A stretch of DNA of 64,000 bases from Pseudomonadota bacterium (GCA_043825735.1 JBDRRP010000075.1:1-64000); one strand, 5' to 3'. Positions 1 through 11,050 are shown, numbered from the stretch's first letter. The notes: generated from the letters alone by a model not told the origin. Translations and numbers: made by a program.

Positions 1-23
1 TACACTACTAGGTCACTTTGAAC

Positions 24-47
24 GTAGGGGCGGGGTTTATCCCCGCC
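24..47. repeat. GTAG-type REP-like palindrome
   Basis: GTAGGGGCGGGGTTTATCCCCGCC: GTAG followed by a GC hairpin; a similar GTAG hairpin lies on the minus strand near 49114-49131. Confidence 0.5.
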
Positions 48-96
48 TGCCGAAGAAATCATATGGCAACCCGAAACACGAATAGAGGCATCACTC

Positions 97-1314
97 ATGA
101 CAACAGCAACCGATCCATACTACATTGATTTTCCCGGCCGCATCGCGTCCATCCAGAAGCAGATGGCTGCCGACGGCATCGACGTCTACCTGGGCTCGCG
201 CCTGCGGACCCTGTCCTGGACCCTGGACGCCTTCTGCCCGTGGCGCAGCTTCGTGGTGATTCCGGCCGAGGGGATGCCGGCGGCCTTCACCTTTGTCATC
301 GACGCCGCCCGGGTGCTCGATGACTCCTGGCTCGACGAAGATCACGTGTTCGGGTTCGCCCCCATGGGCGGCCAGGATCAGATCGAGCTGATCAGCGATT
401 ACATCAAGGAGCTGCTCACGGGAGGTAAGGGGCGGGTGGGCATCGAAAGCGGCATGTCCAACTATCTGCCGGAGGGCAACCTCACCCACTACGAATACCA
501 GCGGTTTTCCGAAGCCCTTTCGGGCTGTGAACTGGTCAACGCCCACACCATCGTGGACGCCCTGGCCGTAATCAAGGACGCAGGCACCGTCAACCGGTTC
601 CGCGAAGCCTCCCGGATCGTGGACATCGGCCACCAGGCCATTTTCGATGCACTGAAAGACGGCGGCTGGAAAGGGATGACCGAAACCGAAATCGCCGGTC
701 TGGCGGCCTATGCCATGCGAAAGGCGGGCAGCGAGTGGGAGTGGTCATTCACCGGCGGCAACGAAATCGCATCGGGCTACCGTACCGGCCTGGTGGGCGG
801 GGCGTGCACCCCGGCCTCGCGCCGGGCGCTTCAGGCGGGCGAGCCCCTCATGGTGGACATCCACGCAATGTACAAGCTGGGCCTGGGCGACCACAGCCAC
901 AACTATCTCATCGGCCCGGTCACCGATCGCCAGCGCTGGCACGCGGGCAATTTCGTCGACATCGTCGCACTCACGCTGAAGACCTACCGCGCGGGCATCA
1001 CGCCCTCGGAGCTGGCCGAGCAAATGATCGGTTTTGCCGACGAGCGCGGCTTTGCCGACTACATGGTCCCCGGATTCGAGCACGGTATCGGTCTTGTGGG
1101 CGACGAGTGGCGGATCGGTCTCAACGATGGCCCATTCCCCTACTGGACCAACCCCGACCACGTCTACCGGGCCGGCGAGCTTCTGATCTGCGCCATGCAG
1201 TACGCCTGCCCGGAGGAGAACATCGGGTTTCGCTACGAAAACCCAATCGTTCTGAGCGCCGACGGATGTGAGGAACTCTCCAAGTTTCCGCTGTCCGTCG
1301 ATGAGATCACCTAA
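97..1314 (+). CDS. M24 (Xaa-Pro peptidase/creatinase) family hydrolase
   Basis: 405 aa; creatinase-like N-domain; pita-bread motifs VDIH..GD, HGIGL, FRYEN; GAGG RBS upstream. Confidence 0.8.
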   Translation: MTTATDPYYIDFPGRIASIQKQMAADGIDVYLGSRLRTLSWTLDAFCPWRSFVVIPAEGMPAAFTFVIDAARVLDDSWLDEDHVFGFAPMGGQDQIELISDYIKELLTGGKGRVGIESGMSNYLPEGNLTHYEYQRFSEALSGCELVNAHTIVDALAVIKDAGTVNRFREASRIVDIGHQAIFDALKDGGWKGMTETEIAGLAAYAMRKAGSEWEWSFTGGNEIASGYRTGLVGGACTPASRRALQAGEPLMVDIHAMYKLGLGDHSHNYLIGPVTDRQRWHAGNFVDIVALTLKTYRAGITPSELAEQMIGFADERGFADYMVPGFEHGIGLVGDEWRIGLNDGPFPYWTNPDHVYRAGELLICAMQYACPEENIGFRYENPIVLSADGCEELSKFPLSVDEIT

Positions 1315-1366
1315 CCACCCCAGCAGCGAGAGGCCGGCCCACGCTTTGCACCAGGAATTTTGAAGC

Positions 1367-1405
1367 AAAAAAGGCCGCAACCGAAACGGTTGCGGCCTTT
1401 TCTTC
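1367..1405. terminator. Bidirectional rho-independent terminator
   Basis: AAAAAAGGCCGCAACCG-AAA-CGGTTGCGGCCTTTT between convergent genes. Confidence 0.85.
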
Positions 1406-1445
1406 AATGGTCTTTCAAAAAGCCGGCATCTCTCGCGAAAAAGCG

Positions 1446-1481
1446 GCTCTGGGACAAAAGATGCCGTTTACGGGCGGGCAC
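1446..1481 (-). repeat. Single end of the GTGTCC MITE-like repeat family
   Basis: Minus strand reads TA-GTGCCCGCCCGTAAACGGCATCTTTTG, similar to the element ends at 10851, 18449 and 51475. Confidence 0.5.
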
Positions 1482-1484
1482 TAA

Positions 1485-3353
1485 CTAGAAGTCATGAAAA
1501 GCCTCGTCATCATCCAGCGGCAGCACCTTGGCCGGTGATACCTCGCTTCTTGCTGCGGATCGCCGGCGGGATACCCGTACCGCCGTGGCGCTTAGCGACC
1601 TCTTTCGAGTGGTCTTTAGCGCTGTTCTCATCTCATCGCGCTGACCGTCTACCAGGTATTTCAGCTTGCCGATGAGGTCGGTCATCTGCTCTGCCTGAGC
1701 GCTCATTTCTTCTGAAGCGCTGGCGGATTCTTCGGCACTGGCCGCATTTTGCTGCGTCAGCTTATCCATTTCAACGACGGCTCGATTGACCTGAGTGATG
1801 CCTTCGGCCTGTTCACGGGAAGCCGCGGCAATTTCGGCCACCAGTTCACCCACCTTACCGGCGCTGTCGGCGACCTGCACGAAGGCACCGTTGGTGCGTC
1901 CCACCAGATCCGATCCGGCGTCCACCTTTTTACCGGTTGACGCGATCAGGGCCGATGTGTTTCTTGCCGCCTCGGCAGCGCGCATGGCCAGATTGCGGAC
2001 TTCATCGGCCACGACGGCAAACCCGGCCCCGGCCTCGCCGGCCCGTGCGGCTTCCACCGCGGCATTGAGCGCCAGCAAATTGGTCTGGAAGGCAATTTCA
2101 TCGATGGTCTTGATGATTTTGCTGGTCTCATCACTGGCGTTGGAGATCTCGGCCATCGATGCCGTCAACCGGGTCATGGCCTCGTTGGCGGCGTCGACAA
2201 TCGCCCGAGTCTCTTGCATCAGGTTGTCGGCCTGGGCGGCGTTGTCGGCATTCTGCCGGGTCATGGTGGCCATCTCTTCAAGCGATGCGGAGCTTTCTTC
2301 CAGTGACGCCGCCTGCTCGCTGGCGCCGGAGGCCAGTGTCTGACTGGCGGAAGCCACCTGAGCCGAAGCGGTTCCCACCTGCTGGGCGCTCTCATTGAGC
2401 CCTTTGACGGTGCGGTTGATGGGGGTGACGACGCTGCGCACCAGAAGCATCATCAGGATGATGGCCACAACGACCACCGCCAGCCCCACACCGAGATTCA
2501 TCAGGCCGATGGTTCGCACCGGGGCCATGATCTCATCACTGGGGGCAGTGACCACTACCGTCCATCCGAATCTGTTTTCACGCTCAAAGGCAGCGAGTTT
2601 TTCGACGTCCCCAAACGTGTATTCCAGCATCCCACGGTCCTGGGAAAGAATCCGTCGTCCGAAATCGTTCTCTGATATGTTGAGCTTCATAATCAGCGCC
2701 GGATCCGGGTGAGCGATGACCATGCCCTTGCCGTTAACGATATAGGCATACCCGGTGTCACCAACCTTTATGGGAGCGACAAACTGGTTGCTGAAGTAGG
2801 TCAGGTTCACGACGCCGAAGAACACACCGCTGACAGTCTCTTTTTCGAAAATCGGTTCGGCGGTGACGATGATGGCGTTTCCCGTTCCGCGGCTGGTGAT
2901 AACATCGGAAATCGCCGGCGCCCCTTTCAACGCCGCCGTGAAGTAGCCCCGATCCTTGACGTTGACCTTGCCGACAACCACATCATCAGCCGCCGCGACG
3001 ATGTCACCCGTAGTAGTGGCGACACAGATATTTTCGTAAAAAGGATACAATTTCTTCAATTCGGCGAGCTGGTCCGAAGCGCTTTTACGCGCCGCCTTGC
3101 CGATGAAAGAATCCTGGACGGATGCCCGGTAAGTCTTGTCCTTGCTCCAGGTGCCGATGTCGAGCGTACGATCTCGCATCCAGTTGCCGAGATAGATGGT
3201 GGTCGATTTGGCCTGCTGTTCCAACTGGCCGGTGATCGTGCGGGTCAATGCAGACCTGGACATGGTGTAGGACAGTATCGACGACAGTCCCATCCCGACC
3301 ACGATCAGTGCCACGGTAGGTAGCAGAAATCGATTTTTCAAACTCAATCTCAT
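1485..3353 (-). CDS. Methyl-accepting chemotaxis protein with dCache sensor domain
   Basis: Two TM helices flanking a Cache-type periplasmic domain; signalling hairpin [34 protein letters not shown]. Confidence 0.95.
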   Translation of the reverse strand: MRLSLKNRFLLPTVALIVVGMGLSSILSYTMSRSALTRTITGQLEQQAKSTTIYLGNWMRDRTLDIGTWSKDKTYRASVQDSFIGKAARKSASDQLAELKKLYPFYENICVATTTGDIVAAADDVVVGKVNVKDRGYFTAALKGAPAISDVITSRGTGNAIIVTAEPIFEKETVSGVFFGVVNLTYFSNQFVAPIKVGDTGYAYIVNGKGMVIAHPDPALIMKLNISENDFGRRILSQDRGMLEYTFGDVEKLAAFERENRFGWTVVVTAPSDEIMAPVRTIGLMNLGVGLAVVVVAIILMMLLVRSVVTPINRTVKGLNESAQQVGTASAQVASASQTLASGASEQAASLEESSASLEEMATMTRQNADNAAQADNLMQETRAIVDAANEAMTRLTASMAEISNASDETSKIIKTIDEIAFQTNLLALNAAVEAARAGEAGAGFAVVADEVRNLAMRAAEAARNTSALIASTGKKVDAGSDLVGRTNGAFVQVADSAGKVGELVAEIAAASREQAEGITQVNRAVVEMDKLTQQNAASAEESASASEEMSAQAEQMTDLIGKLKYLVDGQRDEMRTALKTTRKRSLSATAVRVSRRRSAARSEVSPAKVLPLDDDEAFHDF

Positions 3354-3469
3354 GGGTATTCCTTTCTCAACGCCTGGACAGGCCGCTGCGCCCCGTTGGT
3401 ACGGAGCAGCGACGGGAGCGATTGCCGAACCCGCCGCTGCACAGCCGTTGGAAGATAGAACGCAATTTG

Positions 3470-4432
3470 TTATTCGATCACCTTATTTGCGGAGGCCAGC
3501 AGATCAAAGGGCATCTCTGCGCCCAGCGCTTTGGCGATACGGGTGTTGATGATAAGCTCGCCCATCTTGTTCTGGACGATGGCGATGGCGGCAGGTGATG
3601 TGCCGCTGAGGATCTGAATGGCGGCGTCGGCAGCCCAGGCGCCCTGCTCGGAGGCCACCTTGGCAAAGTTGACCATGGCGTAGGGGGCCATGAAATCGTA
3701 GGCGGACCCGGTGGGAATGCGGGTATTGGTCTCGACAAAGGATTTCATCTGAGCGGCGTGTTCGGCGTAAAGTCCGCCGTCGCTTTCGATGATGAGCATA
3801 TCAACGGTGGACTGCATTTCCTGGAACCCTTTTTCCCAGTCTTCAAAGCTGGTGGCATAGAACGCCTTCACATCCAACCCGAAAACCGTTTTGTAGTTTT
3901 CGACTTCTTTTTTCGCTGTCAGCGTATCCGGCCCCAGGAAGCCAACTTTGTCGCCCTTGGCATACAGTTTGAGTTGCTCCAGGAGTTGGGGAATGGGGGT
4001 GACTTCAACCATGCCGGTGGCGTTTTTGTAGGGATAGCCGTAAATGGTGGCATCCCAGTTCACGCCGCAGAATACGAACGGCAGGGCGGCGTTCTTGTAG
4101 TATTTTTCGACCAGGTATTTGGAGGCGTTGTCGTCGGCGGCGATGACCACATCGGGCTTGTAGCTCTCGATGACGGCCTTGGCCTTTTCGGCGGCCGCCG
4201 TCTTGAACTCATCGCTGCCGTTTCGCTTGGTGTCCATGCGGTGGACTTTGAGCTCGGCACCGGTACCGGCCAGGGTGCTCTGGATCCCTTCTGTAATACC
4301 GTCACTCCAGGCGTACCCTTCGTGGTAAGAGTCTATAAACAACACTTTTTTCCCGCTCAGATCGGCGGCCGACGCCGCTATGCACATCGCCAGGATACAC
4401 AGTACACTTAAACAAACGACAACTTTTTTCAT
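3470..4432 (-). CDS. ABC-type periplasmic substrate-binding protein
   Basis: Signal peptide [31 protein letters not shown] and VFCGVNWD motifs; GGAGG-like RBS before 4432. Confidence 0.75.
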   Translation of the reverse strand: MKKVVVCLSVLCILAMCIAASAADLSGKKVLFIDSYHEGYAWSDGITEGIQSTLAGTGAELKVHRMDTKRNGSDEFKTAAAEKAKAVIESYKPDVVIAADDNASKYLVEKYYKNAALPFVFCGVNWDATIYGYPYKNATGMVEVTPIPQLLEQLKLYAKGDKVGFLGPDTLTAKKEVENYKTVFGLDVKAFYATSFEDWEKGFQEMQSTVDMLIIESDGGLYAEHAAQMKSFVETNTRIPTGSAYDFMAPYAMVNFAKVASEQGAWAADAAIQILSGTSPAAIAIVQNKMGELIINTRIAKALGAEMPFDLLASANKVIE

Positions 4433-4708
4433 ATGAGACCTCCAGTATTTAGTGATAGTGGTAATGATGGGTCGAGGCACAATGCCCTCTCAAACAAGAT
4501 TTTATTATCGCCATCTGCCGCGATCACTTTAGCCATTTTTATTTCCGCTTATTCAGAAAGCGCCAGTGGGTCCCATTCCACTGTGATGTTGAACCACAGG
4601 GTCACTGCCACCACCAGGATTTCGCTTCCAGGCGGCATGCGTTGGGGCAGTAGCCTGTGACAAAACCGGTGCTTTGCGCTAAGGTCGATGCCAAAAAGAG
4701 GAAACGCC

Positions 4709-5629
4709 ATGGATATCAAGTCGATTGCGATCATCGGGGCCGGGGCCATGGGGGCTGCCTACGCCGCCATGTTTATTGACGCAGGAGGGTTTTCCGTATC
4801 CTTCATCGCCAGCGGTGAACGATATCGCCGGCTCACGCAGAGCCCCATGACAGTGAACGGCAAACCCTACCGCATTCCTGTCGTCGATCCGAAAAAAGCA
4901 CCGTCGCCGGCCCATCTCATCATCGTCGCCCTCAAGCACCACCACATGGCCGGCGCCCTGAACGATATCAAGGCACTGGCGGGTCCTGAATCCATCATCC
5001 TTTCAGTCATGAACGGACTGGAGAGCGAAGAGATCATCGGCGCCGCCTGCGGTATGGACAAGATGGTCACCGCCATCGCCGTGGGCATCGATGCCGTCCG
5101 GGAAGCGGGCCGGTTCACCTTCGCAAGCCCGGGGAAAATTCTTTTCGGCGCTGGTCCGGGCGGGGGCAAGGATCCAAGCCGGCTGGCACGACTTCAGGCG
5201 GCCCTGAATCAGGCGGGCATCGCCAACGAGATCCCGGCCCATATGCAGCGCACCCTGTGGTGGAAATTCATGATCAACGTGGGCATCAACCAGGCCTCCG
5301 CCGTGCTTCGAGCCCCCTACGGCGTCTTTCAGCGCGTCCCCGATGCCGCGGCGCTGATGACGGCGCTAATGCGCGAGGTCGTCGCGCTGGCACAGGCGAT
5401 CGGTATCGCCCTGGACGAAAAAGCCATCGACGACTGGCGCGCCATTCTTCCCACCCTGTCGCCGGCGGGAAAAACGTCGATGCTCCAGGACATTGAGGCC
5501 GGGAGAAAAACAGAAGTGGAAATCTTCGCCGGCAAAGTAGTATCCATTGGCAGAGAACTCAAGATCCCGACGCCGGTCAATGAAACGATCCTGCAAATCA
5601 TCCGGGTGATGGAGACATCGTTTTCATAA
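4709..5629 (+). CDS. panE: 2-dehydropantoate 2-reductase (ApbA/PanE family)
   Basis: GAGAMG Rossmann motif; MNGL, WWKFMIN, SMLQD..GRKTE motifs. Confidence 0.85.
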   Translation: MDIKSIAIIGAGAMGAAYAAMFIDAGGFSVSFIASGERYRRLTQSPMTVNGKPYRIPVVDPKKAPSPAHLIIVALKHHHMAGALNDIKALAGPESIILSVMNGLESEEIIGAACGMDKMVTAIAVGIDAVREAGRFTFASPGKILFGAGPGGGKDPSRLARLQAALNQAGIANEIPAHMQRTLWWKFMINVGINQASAVLRAPYGVFQRVPDAAALMTALMREVVALAQAIGIALDEKAIDDWRAILPTLSPAGKTSMLQDIEAGRKTEVEIFAGKVVSIGRELKIPTPVNETILQIIRVMETSFS

Positions 5630-5642
5630 ATGGGGATTTCCC

Positions 5643-6530
5643 ATGCACATCGATTCATCAACTGTCGGGACAAGGCTCTTGCCCTACACGACCGAGGTGA
5701 ACGCCCGGCAGACCGCCAACTATGCCGCCGCCGTGGGCGAAACCGCCGCCTGCTATTTTGACGATACCGCTTCGGGCGGCGTCATCGCCCACCCGGTGTT
5801 TCCCGTGGCCGTGACCTGGCCCATCACCCTGCACATGGATCGCTATCTGCAGGACCGGCGGTTTCCCCTGGAGCTGATGGCCACGCAGGTCCACCACACC
5901 GAGCACATCGCAATTCACCGGCCCATCCGCCCGGGCCAGGCGCTCACGGTGGCAGGCACCGTGGCCGCCATTTTGCCTCACCGGGCCGGCACCCGTGTGG
6001 TGATGCGCTACGAGGCCGCCGGCGACGACGGGCCGGTGTTCACCGAACACATCGGCGCCCTGCTGCGGGGCGTGACGTGCACCGATGCCGGAAGAAGTCT
6101 TTCCGGAATGCCCCCTGAACCGCCATCGGAGCAGGCTCAGACCCCGCTGTGGCAGCGGGCGGTGGCTATCGACCCGGCCCTGCCCTATATCTATGACGGC
6201 TGCAGCGACATCGTGTTTCCCATTCATACGTCACCGGCGTTTGCCCGGGCCGTGGGACTGCCCGGCATCATCCTCCAGGGAACCGCCACTCTGGCGCTGG
6301 CCGTGCGGGAGGTGCTCGCCCACGAATCCGGCGCCGGTCCGGCTGCGGTCACCGATGTGGCCTGTCGCTTCACCGGCATGGTCTTTCCCGGCAACCGCAT
6401 CACCGTGCGCCTTCACCAGAGATCCGAAGCAAATGACCGCGTAAACCTGGATTTCGACGTCACCGACGAAACGGACCGGCCCGTGCTGCGGAACGGCCGG
6501 CTGGCCTACCGGCCCCCGACCGAACACTGA
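5643..6530 (+). CDS. MaoC-family double hot-dog (R)-enoyl-CoA hydratase/dehydratase
   Basis: Hydratase-2-like motif YDGCSDIVFPIH...GLPGIILQG; N-terminal hot-dog half. Confidence 0.75.
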   Translation: MHIDSSTVGTRLLPYTTEVNARQTANYAAAVGETAACYFDDTASGGVIAHPVFPVAVTWPITLHMDRYLQDRRFPLELMATQVHHTEHIAIHRPIRPGQALTVAGTVAAILPHRAGTRVVMRYEAAGDDGPVFTEHIGALLRGVTCTDAGRSLSGMPPEPPSEQAQTPLWQRAVAIDPALPYIYDGCSDIVFPIHTSPAFARAVGLPGIILQGTATLALAVREVLAHESGAGPAAVTDVACRFTGMVFPGNRITVRLHQRSEANDRVNLDFDVTDETDRPVLRNGRLAYRPPTEH

Positions 6531-6602
6531 AAAAGGAATCTCGCTTACCTATGAAACTCAAGTTTAGCGGCAAAGACCAGTGTCTCCGATGACATTGTGA
6601 TC

Positions 6603-6687
6603 ACCACAGAGTCACGGAGGGCACGGAGAAATTCAAAAGCAGTTGATTTTAAATATAAAATCTCCGTGTCCTCCGTGACTCCGTGGT
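6603..6687. repeat. Palindromic repeat built of 9-bp units
   Basis: ACCACAGAG TCACGGAG GGCACGGAG arm, AT-rich loop, inverted arm CTCCGTGTCCTCCGTGACTCCGTGGT. Confidence 0.8.
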
Positions 6688-6747
6688 TCAACATCATTTT
6701 GGAAAAGACCAACTGGCGCTTTCTGCATAAGCGTAAAAGGAAATGCT

Positions 6748-8451
6748 ATGAACGAGCAATTCATCCGCCTGCAACGCCTTACCGACTATGTGGACCACTG
6801 GGCCGCGGAACTGCCCGAGCGTGCGGCCATGATCCAGCACGAAGACGGCAAGGTCGTTTCCTACGCCCGGTTTCGGACGCTCATCGATTTTTTCGCACTG
6901 CGCCTGCTGTCTATGGGAATCGGGCCGAAAGACCGCGTGGCGAGCCTGCTGGTGCTGGTTCCCGAGCACATGGCGCTCATGTACGCCTGTTTTCGCATCG
7001 GCGCCATTTTCGCCCCGCTGGACGTCCGTCTCAAGGACGACGAAGTGGTGCGGGAAATCAACAAGATCAGTCCGCGGGCATTCTTCTTTCTGGGAAATAC
7101 GCCGGTGCGTGATTTCCGCACGGCGGCCGCGGCCGTGAACAAGGGATGCCCGTCTGTGGCGCATCTGGTGCAGTTCACCCCGGATCCCAAACCCGGTGAC
7201 ATCCTCGAAGGGGCCGTAGGCGTCACCCGGCTCATGGATAAAAAACACCTGCTGGCGCTGAAAATCGGCGATCTGTTCACCGGCCGGCTCAAAAAAACAT
7301 ACGCCCGGACCGACGCCGACACCCCGGCCCTAATCATCTTCACCACCGGCACCACCGGTGCGCCCAAGCCGGCGCTGCTCACCCACCGAAACATCATCGT
7401 CCAAAACGAAGTCTTGGCCAGGGGGCTCGGAGCCGTGCCCGGCGATGACATGCGGATCCTGGTGAATCTGCCGCCCAGCCATGTGGGCTGCGTCACCGAG
7501 TGCTTCATGACCAGCATGGCAGTGGCCGGCACAGCGGTGATGCTGCGCATTTTCGATCCCAAACAGTCCCTGGAAGCCATCCAGGCCCACCGGGTCACCG
7601 CACTGGGCATGATTCCCACCCAGTACCGGATGCTCTGGAACCTGCCCGATTACGACAGCTACGATCTGACCAGTATTCAAAAAGCCGCCTATGCCGGCGC
7701 GGCAGCGGATCTGCCCTTTCTTAGCCGGCTAAAAAATATGGCGCCGGAAATCTTCACCGGCATCGGCATGACCGAAAACGCCGGTTTCGCCACGTTCACA
7801 CCGCCGGGCATCGCCCCCGAGGAAATGGTGGGGCAGGTGGGCCGGGCCTTTCCGGATTTGGCAGAAGTGACCATCCGAAAGCCCATGGAACCCGACGGCA
7901 GCGCCGGCGCCGAGATGCCCGACGGCGAGATCGGAGAGATCTGCTACCACCCCCCCATCGTGTTTGCCGGCTATTACAACATGCCCGAGGAAACGGCCCG
8001 CGCCGTCTCCACCGAAGGCATCCTCTACACCGGCGATTTGGGCCGGTTTGAAAACAAGGGAACCTACCGGGCCCTTTACTTGAGCGGCCGAAGAAAATTC
8101 ATGATCAAGCAGAAAGGCTACAACGTTTTCCCTGACGAAGTCGAAGACCACATTGCCCGAATGGACGGCGTGGCCTCAGCCGAAGTCGTGGGGATGCCGC
8201 ACGAAGTGTTCGATGAAGGCATCTTTGCCTTTGTCCAGCCGATGCAAGGCGCCGCCGTCACGCACGAAGCGGTCATGGCCCACTGCAAGCAGATCGCCGC
8301 CTACAAGCGCCCGCAGCACGTGGCCTTTTGGCCAGCCGGCGAAGCGTTTCCTCTCACCCGCTCGGCCAAAGTGGACAAGCTGGCCCTCATGAATCGGGCC
8401 GAAGCCATCATCGCCGGGCTCAGAGACGCTGGCGGATGGGACCGGTCTTAA
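6748..8451 (+). CDS. Acyl-CoA synthetase (AMP-binding, class I adenylate-forming)
   Basis: FTTGTTGAPK P-loop, GIGMTE, YTGDLG, SAKVDK motifs. Confidence 0.9.
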   Translation: MNEQFIRLQRLTDYVDHWAAELPERAAMIQHEDGKVVSYARFRTLIDFFALRLLSMGIGPKDRVASLLVLVPEHMALMYACFRIGAIFAPLDVRLKDDEVVREINKISPRAFFFLGNTPVRDFRTAAAAVNKGCPSVAHLVQFTPDPKPGDILEGAVGVTRLMDKKHLLALKIGDLFTGRLKKTYARTDADTPALIIFTTGTTGAPKPALLTHRNIIVQNEVLARGLGAVPGDDMRILVNLPPSHVGCVTECFMTSMAVAGTAVMLRIFDPKQSLEAIQAHRVTALGMIPTQYRMLWNLPDYDSYDLTSIQKAAYAGAAADLPFLSRLKNMAPEIFTGIGMTENAGFATFTPPGIAPEEMVGQVGRAFPDLAEVTIRKPMEPDGSAGAEMPDGEIGEICYHPPIVFAGYYNMPEETARAVSTEGILYTGDLGRFENKGTYRALYLSGRRKFMIKQKGYNVFPDEVEDHIARMDGVASAEVVGMPHEVFDEGIFAFVQPMQGAAVTHEAVMAHCKQIAAYKRPQHVAFWPAGEAFPLTRSAKVDKLALMNRAEAIIAGLRDAGGWDRS

Positions 8452-8684
8452 GGGCGGCACCGGCAGGGCGCGAGCGGTCTGAAAGCCTGATGCCGCCCAG
8501 AATCAACGCGTCACGGATGCGACACCGTTTATCACCTAAACCGCTGTCCTCCCACGCCGCATCAAGGCGGTGGCGCCGGTGGTTTTCGCTGAATGCGCCG
8601 TCGTGGTTGCACTCACGCCCCACAATGCTATCATCATCGCAGCGGCCTGAATCCTGTATCGCCATTCCATTGGAGGTCCCGACG

Positions 8685-9536
8685 ATGAAAAACTTTGCGG
8701 TTCTGCAACTGGCCGGCTGCGCCGGCTGCGAGGTCTCGCTGCTGGACGCCGATGCGTGGATCGGAACGCACCGGCTGGCCTACATGCCGCTGGTCTCCTC
8801 CGTTCAGGAAATCCCGGCGGTGGATATGCTGCTGGTCAGCGGCGGGGTGCGCACCGACGAAGACCGCCACCGGCTGCGCCGGGCCGTTCTCAAGGCAAAA
8901 ACGGTGATTGCCGTGGGCACCTGCGCCATCGCCGGCGGCGTGGCCTCCCTGGGCAACCGGGCGGCGGTGCGCCGGCACTTCGCCGAGCACGAGGAGCGTC
9001 ATCACCTGCCGCATCTGCTGCCTCAAAACAGCCCCATCGATGATTTTGTCACGGTGGACCGCTACCTTCCCGGCTGCCCGCCGACACCGGAGCTCTTCAT
9101 GGCCGTACTTTCCGGCGATGAGACCCTCCATTTCGGCAAAACCGTCTGCACGGAGTGTGGCCGTAAAAAAGCAAAAGAGCTTCGCCCCGCCCGCCTGGAA
9201 GGCTTCCGGGAGAGCCGGGTGATGCCGGACATCTGCCTCATCAAGCAGGGTTTTTTGTGTGTGGGCACCTCGACCCGAAACGGTTGCGGCGCCCCCTGTA
9301 CACGCGCCGGGTTCCCCTGTGTTGGCTGCCGCGGCCCCTCGGACATCCTCATCGAAAAGCAATCCGGCGCATGGTTTGAAACGATGAACAAGGTATTTCA
9401 TGCGCTCACCGATATCCCGCCCGATACGGTGGATGCCGGCCTGCGGTCACCGCAATATGCACTCTTCCTGTTCCAGTTTTCCGATGCCGACTCGCCCGGT
9501 GCCAAAGCGCCCCGACCCAAGGAAAGGATTCTGTGA
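8685..9536 (+). CDS. [NiFe]-hydrogenase small subunit (MvhG/group 3-like)
   Basis: CAGC, GTCA, PGCPP proximal-cluster ligands plus C-terminal CTEC/CL..C/CGAPC/CVGCRGP Fe-S motifs; GGAGG RBS before ATG 8685; no Tat signal. Confidence 0.85.
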   Translation: MKNFAVLQLAGCAGCEVSLLDADAWIGTHRLAYMPLVSSVQEIPAVDMLLVSGGVRTDEDRHRLRRAVLKAKTVIAVGTCAIAGGVASLGNRAAVRRHFAEHEERHHLPHLLPQNSPIDDFVTVDRYLPGCPPTPELFMAVLSGDETLHFGKTVCTECGRKKAKELRPARLEGFRESRVMPDICLIKQGFLCVGTSTRNGCGAPCTRAGFPCVGCRGPSDILIEKQSGAWFETMNKVFHALTDIPPDTVDAGLRSPQYALFLFQFSDADSPGAKAPRPKERIL

Positions 9537-9537
9537 C

Positions 9538-10851
9538 ATGCCCACCATGACGTTCCCCATCAGCCGTATCGAAGGGCACGCCCAGGCCGTCATCGAGATC
9601 CGCAAGGGTTTGGCGGCCAAGGCCTATTTTCAAGCAACCGAATTTCGCGGATTCGAGCGATTCATTCAGGGTACGCCTGCGGAGGAAGTCATCGTCATCG
9701 TACCGCGCATCTGCGGCGTCTGCGCCACGGCCCACCACCTGGCGGCGGTGAAGGCGCTGGAGGGTCTGTACGCAGTGACGCCGCCGCCGCTGGCGCTGAA
9801 GATCCGCGAGCTGCTCATGCTGGGGCAGATGATCCAAAGCCAGGCCACCTCGCTGTTTCTCTTCACCATGCCCGACGAGCTTGGCACCGAGAGCATGATG
9901 CCTGCCGAGGCGTCTACGCCGGCAGATCGCGCAGCGGCCGACCTGGCCCAGCACGCCCTCAGGATTCGCAAAATCGGCACCGCGCTCATCGAACTGGCCG
10001 GCGGCCAGTTCATCCACCCGGTCAACGCCGTCATCGGCGGCGTCACCCACGGCATTGCCCCCGGTGACGCGGCCGCAATGCACGCACGGATCCAGGCCAC
10101 CCTTCCTACGGCCTGCGCCCTGTTCGACGAATACATCGAGCAGGCCATGGCGCTCAGAGAGCGTATCGGCACCTGGGGCGACGACACGCCGGCGGCCTAT
10201 ATTTCCGCGGTGGCCGACCATCGGCCCGACTACACCGGAAAATCGCTCCGCGTGATGGGCGTGGACGGCGCCGAGGCGGCCGCTTTTGCAGCGCGGGATT
10301 ACGCCGCCTACCTGACGCTCGAAGACACAGATTACAGCTATGCCGGGCGGATGACCTTCCGGGGCGGCCTCATGCGCGCCAATTCCCTGGCGCGCATCAA
10401 CCTGGCCAAAAGCATTGGCACACCACTGGCCGACGGCTACCTGGCGCATTTTCGGAATACCTTTGGAAACCCCGCCCACGCGATCCTGCTCTTTGACCAG
10501 GCCCGCGGCATCGAACTGGTCTACGGCCTGGAGCGCGCCCTTGAGATCCTCGCCGAACCTCTCGACGACAATGACACCAAGACCAGCTACACCCCGCGGG
10601 ACGGAGAGGCCTTCGGTCTCGTGGAAGCCCCCCGAGGCCCTCTGATTCACCACTATGTGATCGAAAAGGGCCTGATCGCCAAAGCCCGGTTCATCATCCC
10701 CACGGTGTTCAACGTGGGGGCCATCGAGCACGCCTTAAAGGTGGCGGCCCGGCGCTACATCACCGGCGATGGGGTCAACATGGAACTGGAGCATGCGGTG
10801 GGCCGGGTGGTGCGGGCGTTTGATCCGTGTATCGCATGCGCCACCCACTAG
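9538..10851 (+). CDS. [NiFe]-hydrogenase large subunit (MvhA/HoxH-like)
   Basis: RIEGH, L1 RICGVC, EAPRG, L2 DPCIACATH-stop; ATG 1 nt after the small-subunit stop. Confidence 0.9.
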   Translation: MPTMTFPISRIEGHAQAVIEIRKGLAAKAYFQATEFRGFERFIQGTPAEEVIVIVPRICGVCATAHHLAAVKALEGLYAVTPPPLALKIRELLMLGQMIQSQATSLFLFTMPDELGTESMMPAEASTPADRAAADLAQHALRIRKIGTALIELAGGQFIHPVNAVIGGVTHGIAPGDAAAMHARIQATLPTACALFDEYIEQAMALRERIGTWGDDTPAAYISAVADHRPDYTGKSLRVMGVDGAEAAAFAARDYAAYLTLEDTDYSYAGRMTFRGGLMRANSLARINLAKSIGTPLADGYLAHFRNTFGNPAHAILLFDQARGIELVYGLERALEILAEPLDDNDTKTSYTPRDGEAFGLVEAPRGPLIHHYVIEKGLIAKARFIIPTVFNVGAIEHALKVAARRYITGDGVNMELEHAVGRVVRAFDPCIACATH

Positions 10852-11015
10852 TGTCCGCTCAGAAGCGGCGTCTTTTGGCCCCTGGCGGCGTTTTTAAGCC
10901 CCAAACATCGCGGGGCTTACCGGTAAGGCGTTATGCTATTTGTATGCGCTCGCCATGCTCGCTGAGCCGGCCCGCACTTTTTGCCTTCCTCAACGTAGCT
11001 CCGCTACGCCTGCGG
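10851..11015 (+). repeat. Partial/interrupted copy of the GTGTCC MITE-like repeat
   Basis: GTGTCCGCTCAGAAGCGGCGTCTTTTGGCCCCTGGCGGCGTT matches the left end at 51475; CCTCAACGTAG..CTACGCCTGCGG resembles the internal part of the 18272-18449 copy. Confidence 0.6.
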
Positions 11016-11050
11016 GGGCAACCATTACGGAGACGAAAAAAAGGTGGGTT

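Noticed and set aside
9538..10851. [NiFeSe] hydrogenase or stop-codon readthrough
   Set aside because: L2 motif has Cys codons (TGT/TGC); the stop is TAG and is followed by repeat DNA
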